Of a DNA stretch of 64,000 nucleotides, positions 59,348 to 64,000 are shown one piece after another. Position 1 is the stretch's first letter. Each line of letters starts with the position of its first letter. This DNA comes from Acidobacteriota bacterium (lineage in GTDB: Bacteria; Acidobacteriota; Blastocatellia; UBA7656), in NCBI GenBank assembly GCA_040754075.1, contig JBFMDH010000003.1, positions 14,307-78,306 of the forward strand, given 5' to 3'. The notes beneath the pieces are model-generated. The model worked only from the letters and a program-made list of their open reading frames with translations, was not told the DNA's origin and did no database searches. A program made the translations under genes and the position numbers.

Positions 59348-61825
59348 ATGAGCAGAAAGCTTCTAGCCCGATTGTTGATAGTTTTATCCCCGTTGGTGTG
59401 GCTGATGATTGCCCCGCCAACCGAGCATGCGCAAAAAACCGCAAGCGCCATTACTTTCGATAAAACCATTCAACCTTTTTTAGCCGCCAATTGTTACGCT
59501 TGCCATAATGCCAAAGTTAAATCGGGAGGCTTGAATCTCGAAGCTTATAAAACGCGCCAGTCGGTCGCGCAAAACCGCGCAAGCTGGGAACCTATCGCAG
59601 AGAAATTGCGCACCGGCGAGATGCCGCCGCAAGGCGTGCCGCGACCAAATAAAGTTGAGGTTGAAAAAGTCGTCAACTGGATTACGAGTGAACTGGCGCA
59701 TGGCGCGTGGATGACCAAGCCCAATCCCGGTCGCGTCACAGCGCGCCGTCTGAATCGCGCCGAATATAACAACACCGTGCGTGATTTGCTGGGCGTGGGT
59801 CTGCGCCCCGCCGATGATTTTCCCCAGGACGATTCCGGTTATGGGTTCGATAACATCGGCGATGTGCTGTCGCTTTCACCTGTGCTGATGGAAAAATATT
59901 TCGCCGCCGCAGAACGTGTCGCTCGTACAGCAGTGTTCGGACAAGCGTTAATCAAGCCGACGCTGGTGCGCAAAGGCGCAATCGGACAACGCATCATGCC
60001 GCGCAACACGCCTTTATTCGACTATGACCTCACCGGACTCAGCCTGCCGAACGGCTTGCAGACGACTTATCGTTTTCCGGTGGATGGTGAATATAATCTG
60101 CGCAGCTTTTTGGGCGGCATTCGTCCAGCCGGGTCAGAAGCTTTGCAAATCGCTTTATGGATAGATGGTGAGCAGGTCAAAGTTGTTACCTTCGATCCTG
60201 ATGGGGTCGCGTCGTTTGCCCAGGATAGGCAGGAATTCTGGGGCATGGCACAGGATTTCCGCACGCGCATCACTGCCGGTGAGCATTGGCTGGCGGTTTC
60301 AATTCTGCGCCTCTACGAAGGGTTGCCGCCCGCTTACAAGGGACCCAATCCATCAAAGAAACCAACGCCGCCACCGCCTGTATTCAAAGCGCCGCCGAAT
60401 CTGCCGCCGGAACGAGTTGAAGAACTCAGAAAAGCTTTTGAAGCGCGCCGCGCCGAAGTGATACCGGCAAATGATGCGCGCATCACCGCCATTGAAATTG
60501 GCGGTCCCTACGAACAACCGCGAGGACCTTCGGCAGTGAGTCGCAAGTTAATTTACAGTTGCGGGCATGTTGACGGTCATCATCAAGCGGATTGTGAGCG
60601 GAAGATTATTGCGAATCTCGCGCGTCGCGCTTATCGTCGTCCGGTCACGCCGGAAGAAATCAATCAATTGGTAAACCTCAGTTCATTAGCCAGACAACGC
60701 GGCGATTCATTTGAAGAAGGGCTTACCCTGGCGCTTGAAGCGATGCTGGTTTCGCCGCATTTTCTCTTTCGCATCGAAAAAGACCAGGCGACAACGGCGC
60801 AAACCGCGCGTCCGTTGAATGATTATGAACTGGCTTCACGCATCAGCTATTTTCTGTGGAGCAGTATGCCCGATGATGAATTGCTGCGATTGGCTGAACA
60901 AAAGTTACTCAGAAAACCCGAAGTGCTCGCAGCGCAAATCAGACGTATGCTACAGGACGCGAAATCCTTTGCGCTGGTGGAAAATTTCGGCGGGCAGTGG
61001 CTGGAACTCCGCAAACTGGAATCGGTCAACCCAGACCGTAACCGCTTTCCCGAATTCGATGAATACCTGCGCCGCTCGATGCGTCGCGAAACCGAATTAT
61101 TTTTTGATTACATCATTCGCAATGACCAGAGCATCCTCGATTTCATTGATGGCAACTACACCTTTGTGAATGAGCGACTGGCAAAATTTTATAAACTCGA
61201 TGAGGTGAATGGCGCAGATTTTCGCAAAGTCGCGCTGACCGGCACAGAGCGCGGCGGCGTACTCACGCAAGCCAGTGTGCTCACGGTTTCATCCTATGCG
61301 ACGCGCACTTCGCCTGTGCTTCGCGGTCGTTGGATTTTGGAAAATCTGTTGAATGCGCCGCCACCGCCACCGCCGCCCGATGTGCCAAACCTCGATGAAG
61401 CGAAAATCGGCAAATCGATTTCACTACGTGAACAATTGGAACAGCATCGCAAAAATGCGACCTGCGCCGCCTGCCATGCGCGAATGGACCCGCTGGGGTT
61501 TGGACTCGAAAATTTCAACGCCATCGGCGCGTGGCGCACCGAGGATGGTAAATTTCCGATTGACTCGACAGGCACGCTGCCTGATGGCAGGACTTTTAAA
61601 GGTGCCGGGCAACTCAAAGCGCTGTTGAAAGCTGACCGCAATGCCTTTGCCGAAGGCTTGACGGAAAAATTATTGACCTATGCGCTGGGACGCGGGCTTG
61701 AAGCCTATGATAAACCGGCAGTGAAAAAGATTGCCGCTCGCGTGACTGCCGACAATTATCGTTTTTCCAGTCTGGTGCTGGAAATTATCAAAAGCCTGCC
61801 GTTTCAAATGCGAAGAGGAGATTGA
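59348..61825 (+). CDS. DUF1592-family protein (with DUF1595/DUF1587/DUF1588-like regions), planctomycete-type, N-terminal CxxCH
   Basis: Signal peptide, then CYACHNAKVKSGGLNLE (cytochrome-c-like motif), and a C-terminal CAACHARMDPLGFGLENF motif typical of this family. 825 aa. Confidence 0.6.
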   Translation: MSRKLLARLLIVLSPLVWLMIAPPTEHAQKTASAITFDKTIQPFLAANCYACHNAKVKSGGLNLEAYKTRQSVAQNRASWEPIAEKLRTGEMPPQGVPRPNKVEVEKVVNWITSELAHGAWMTKPNPGRVTARRLNRAEYNNTVRDLLGVGLRPADDFPQDDSGYGFDNIGDVLSLSPVLMEKYFAAAERVARTAVFGQALIKPTLVRKGAIGQRIMPRNTPLFDYDLTGLSLPNGLQTTYRFPVDGEYNLRSFLGGIRPAGSEALQIALWIDGEQVKVVTFDPDGVASFAQDRQEFWGMAQDFRTRITAGEHWLAVSILRLYEGLPPAYKGPNPSKKPTPPPPVFKAPPNLPPERVEELRKAFEARRAEVIPANDARITAIEIGGPYEQPRGPSAVSRKLIYSCGHVDGHHQADCERKIIANLARRAYRRPVTPEEINQLVNLSSLARQRGDSFEEGLTLALEAMLVSPHFLFRIEKDQATTAQTARPLNDYELASRISYFLWSSMPDDELLRLAEQKLLRKPEVLAAQIRRMLQDAKSFALVENFGGQWLELRKLESVNPDRNRFPEFDEYLRRSMRRETELFFDYIIRNDQSILDFIDGNYTFVNERLAKFYKLDEVNGADFRKVALTGTERGGVLTQASVLTVSSYATRTSPVLRGRWILENLLNAPPPPPPPDVPNLDEAKIGKSISLREQLEQHRKNATCAACHARMDPLGFGLENFNAIGAWRTEDGKFPIDSTGTLPDGRTFKGAGQLKALLKADRNAFAEGLTEKLLTYALGRGLEAYDKPAVKKIAARVTADNYRFSSLVLEIIKSLPFQMRRGD

Positions 61826-61831
61826 ACATCA

Positions 61832-63187
61832 ATGATCATCACCCGCAAACATCTGCCGCGACGAATATTTTTAAAAGGCGTGGGAACCGCGATTGCCTTG
61901 CCGATGCTCGATGCGATGACGCCTGCACTGGCGTTGCCCAATCAAATGAAAGCCCGGACGCCTGTTCGTTTAGCTTTTGTCTATGTGCCAAACGGCATCG
62001 TCATGAAAGACTGGACGCCGAAAACCGCTGGCAAAGATTTTGAGTTCACGCGAATTTTGAAACCACTTGAAGCCTTTCGCGAAGATTTGCTGGTGCTTTC
62101 GGGACTCGATGACCACAACGGCAATGCGCTTGGCGACGGTCCGGGCGACCACGCGCGCGCCGGTGCAGCGATTTTAACCGGTGTGCATTGCAAAAAAACT
62201 GCGGGCGCAGATATTCATAACGGCATTTCTGCCGACCAGGTCGCGGCAAAAGCCATAGGCGCAAAGACTCGTCTGGCATCAATGGAACTCGGTTGCGAAG
62301 ATTCGCGCACTGTGGGCAATTGCGATTCGGGGTACAGTTGCGCTTATACCAACAGCATTTCCTGGCGCAGCGAAACCACGCCGATGCCGCCCGAAGTCAA
62401 TCCGCGCAACGCATTTGAACGATTGTTCGGGACAAATGATTACAGCCTCAATGCCGAAACCCGCGCCAGACGGGCAGAATATCGTAAGAGCATCCTTGAT
62501 TTGGTTCGCGAAGATTCCGAGAAACTGAGCAAGAGTCTAGGGCAGGCAGACCGTCGCAAAATTGACGAATACCTCACCGCAGTGAGAGAAGTTGAAAAGC
62601 AAATCGCTGCTGCCGAAAACGATAATGCACAGGTCAATCCGACGATTGAAAAACCCGCAGGCATTCCCGCGACGTTTCGTGAATATGCGAAAATCATGTT
62701 TGACCTGCAACTGGTGGCTTTTCAATCCGACATCACGCGCATCTCTACGTTGATGCTCGGTCGTGAAGGCAGCATGCGCGTCTATCCCGAAATTGAAGTC
62801 CCAGACCCACATCATCCGCTTACCCATCATCGCAATAATGCCGAGTGGATCGAGCGAGTCACGAAAATCAATTGTCTGCACACAGAATTATTCGCCTATT
62901 TTCTGCAACGGCTCAAATCCACAAAAGAGGGCGAAGGCACATTGCTCGACCATTCGATGATTGTTTATGTCAGTGGTCTAAGCGATGGCAATCGACACAC
63001 GCACGAAGAGTTGCCGGTGATTTTGGCGGGACGCGGCGATGGCAAACTTCAACCCGGATGCCATATGGTTTACAAAAGAGGCACGCCAATTACCAATTTG
63101 TATATGAATTTGCTTGAACACTTGGGCGTTCAAGTTGAGCGCCTTGGCGACAGCACCGGTAAACTCGCGCAGCTTACGGAAGGGTAA
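61832..63187 (+). CDS. DUF1552-family protein with twin-arginine signal (partner of DUF1592)
   Basis: GAGGAG SD. Tat motif RRIFLKGVGTAIALPMLDAM. 451 aa. Confidence 0.6.
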   Translation: MIITRKHLPRRIFLKGVGTAIALPMLDAMTPALALPNQMKARTPVRLAFVYVPNGIVMKDWTPKTAGKDFEFTRILKPLEAFREDLLVLSGLDDHNGNALGDGPGDHARAGAAILTGVHCKKTAGADIHNGISADQVAAKAIGAKTRLASMELGCEDSRTVGNCDSGYSCAYTNSISWRSETTPMPPEVNPRNAFERLFGTNDYSLNAETRARRAEYRKSILDLVREDSEKLSKSLGQADRRKIDEYLTAVREVEKQIAAAENDNAQVNPTIEKPAGIPATFREYAKIMFDLQLVAFQSDITRISTLMLGREGSMRVYPEIEVPDPHHPLTHHRNNAEWIERVTKINCLHTELFAYFLQRLKSTKEGEGTLLDHSMIVYVSGLSDGNRHTHEELPVILAGRGDGKLQPGCHMVYKRGTPITNLYMNLLEHLGVQVERLGDSTGKLAQLTEG

Positions 63188-63297
63188 AGATTTTTACATC
63201 GCTTTAATTTCTAAAATTTTTTCCTGCGGCTGTGCTGCTTTAAAGATTTTTACATCGCTTTAATTTCTAAAATTTTCTTCTGCGGCTGTGTTGCTTT
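63185..63297 (+). repeat. Tandem duplication of a ~57-bp unit beginning at the DUF1552 stop codon
   Basis: taaagatttttacatcgctttaatttctaaaatttt(t)tcctgcggctgtgctgcttt occurs twice with three mismatches/indels. Followed by hairpins CGGGGA...TCCCCG and GGGGC-tac-GCCCC. Confidence 0.75.
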
Positions 63298-63492
63298 GAT
63301 GTGCGGGGATTTTCAGACTCCCCGATGCTTCGCTTATTTTTTTCGGGGCTACGCCCCAAATTGGCAGCGCAGCCGAAGAAGTATTGAATTTGTAATCAGC
63401 ACGGTTAATCCACTGGCTGAATAAGGTTCCGACACATTAACGTTAAAGCCAAGCCGTCAATATTCCCTGCACAATTTTGGAGAAAACCATTG

Positions 63493-64000
63493 ATGATGAA
63501 AACTGCAACTGTCGTGCTCCTGTTTTTATTTGTCTTTCCTTTAACCACTTTCACACAAACGCAACCACCGCAGGAAAATTATCCGTTAAGCGCGGATTCC
63601 AAACCGCAACCCGGCGTGCCGAAAGGCGAAGTGCTCAAATTCAGTTTTGCTAAATCGAAAATTTTTCCCGGCACCTATCGCGATTACTGGGTCTATGTGC
63701 CGGCTCAGTATTCGCCCGATAAACCCGCCTGTGTGTTGGTCAATCAAGATGGCTTGCAATACGATGCGCCAACGGTTTTCGATAATTTGATTCACAAAAA
63801 AGAAATGCCCATCACCATCGGCATATTCGTAATGCACGGGCGCGTGCTTGCCGCCGATAGTAACACCGCGCTTGACCGCTTCAATCGCAGCTTTGAATAT
63901 GACGGACTCGGCGATAACTATGTGCGTTTTTTGCTTGAAGAATTGTTGCCTGAAGTGGAGAGCAAAAAAACTTCGGATGGACGAGCGATTCGCTTATCTA
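63493..64000 (+). CDS. Secreted esterase (enterochelin/feruloyl esterase-like alpha/beta hydrolase), 3'-truncated at the window edge
   Basis: Open frame to the window end, not in the ORF table. Signal peptide MMKTATVVLLFLFVFPLTTFTQT. The GTYRDYWVYVPAQY motif is typical of the PF00756 putative esterase family. Confidence 0.55.
   Translation, partial: MMKTATVVLLFLFVFPLTTFTQTQPPQENYPLSADSKPQPGVPKGEVLKFSFAKSKIFPGTYRDYWVYVPAQYSPDKPACVLVNQDGLQYDAPTVFDNLIHKKEMPITIGIFVMHGRVLAADSNTALDRFNRSFEYDGLGDNYVRFLLEELLPEVESKKTSDGRAIRLS

Noticed and set aside
1-64000. tRNA, rRNA, tmRNA, RNase P RNA
   Set aside because: I looked for T-arm (GGTTCGAATCC-like) and P4 (AGTCCGGGC) signatures in the longer intergenic gaps and found none. 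This is not an exhaustive computational scan.

Overview
This is a gene-dense bacterial chromosomal segment of moderate-high GC with no rRNA, tRNA, CRISPR or prophage signal. The content suggests an Acidobacteriota-like organism (inference): two TonB-dependent receptors, one with an N-terminal carboxypeptidase-regulatory-like domain; a planctomycete-type DUF1592/DUF1552 pair with a twin-arginine (RRxFLK) signal; and a DUF4154/YfiR-like protein coupled to a hybrid histidine kinase. Left to right the window holds: (1) a 5'-truncated HerA/FtsK-like P-loop ATPase, a STAS anti-sigma antagonist and a YdjM-like membrane hydrolase. (2) A minus-strand cluster of secreted proteins: TPR protein, S9 peptidase, Hpt protein, an unusual S41 peptidase / 2x repeat domain / beta-lactamase-fold fusion with a stand-alone paralog of the repeat domain, a TonB receptor, and a LolA-like secreted protein. 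(3) A 600-nt ORF-free gap carrying two plus-strand intrinsic terminators (candidate sRNA). (4) An L,D-transpeptidase-like gene, a zinc metallopeptidase, a lipoprotein, and an ECF sigma / zf-HC2 anti-sigma pair. (5) A response regulator / hybrid kinase / DUF4154 / TonB receptor module. (6) An APC permease, a CYTH protein and an LLM-family oxidoreductase. (7) An assimilatory sulfate reduction operon cobA-cysH-cysC-sir preceded by a polycysteine leader peptide plus intrinsic terminator (candidate cysteine attenuator). (8) A zinc-ribbon / degenerate-M48 protein co-transcribed with a 385-aa hyperacidic disordered protein. (9) Divergent mutY/mutM. (10) A branched-chain amino acid operon leuA-[leader]-ilvB-ilvN-ilvC-cupin-ilvD-leuB with a classic Ile/Leu/Val-rich leader peptide and four-region attenuator between leuA and ilvB. 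(11) gltB, a LysR regulator, a small CxxCH protein, an acyl-CoA ligase, and a four-helix-bundle (23S rRNA IVS-type) gene cassette. (12) A DmpA/S58 peptidase, tRNA-dihydrouridine synthase, DUF1592/DUF1552, and a 3'-truncated esterase. The most notable non-coding pattern is a recurring family of inverted arrays of tandem heptanucleotide repeats: almost every intergenic spacer of the ilv operon carries a different one, and the same architecture flanks the four-helix-bundle gene.
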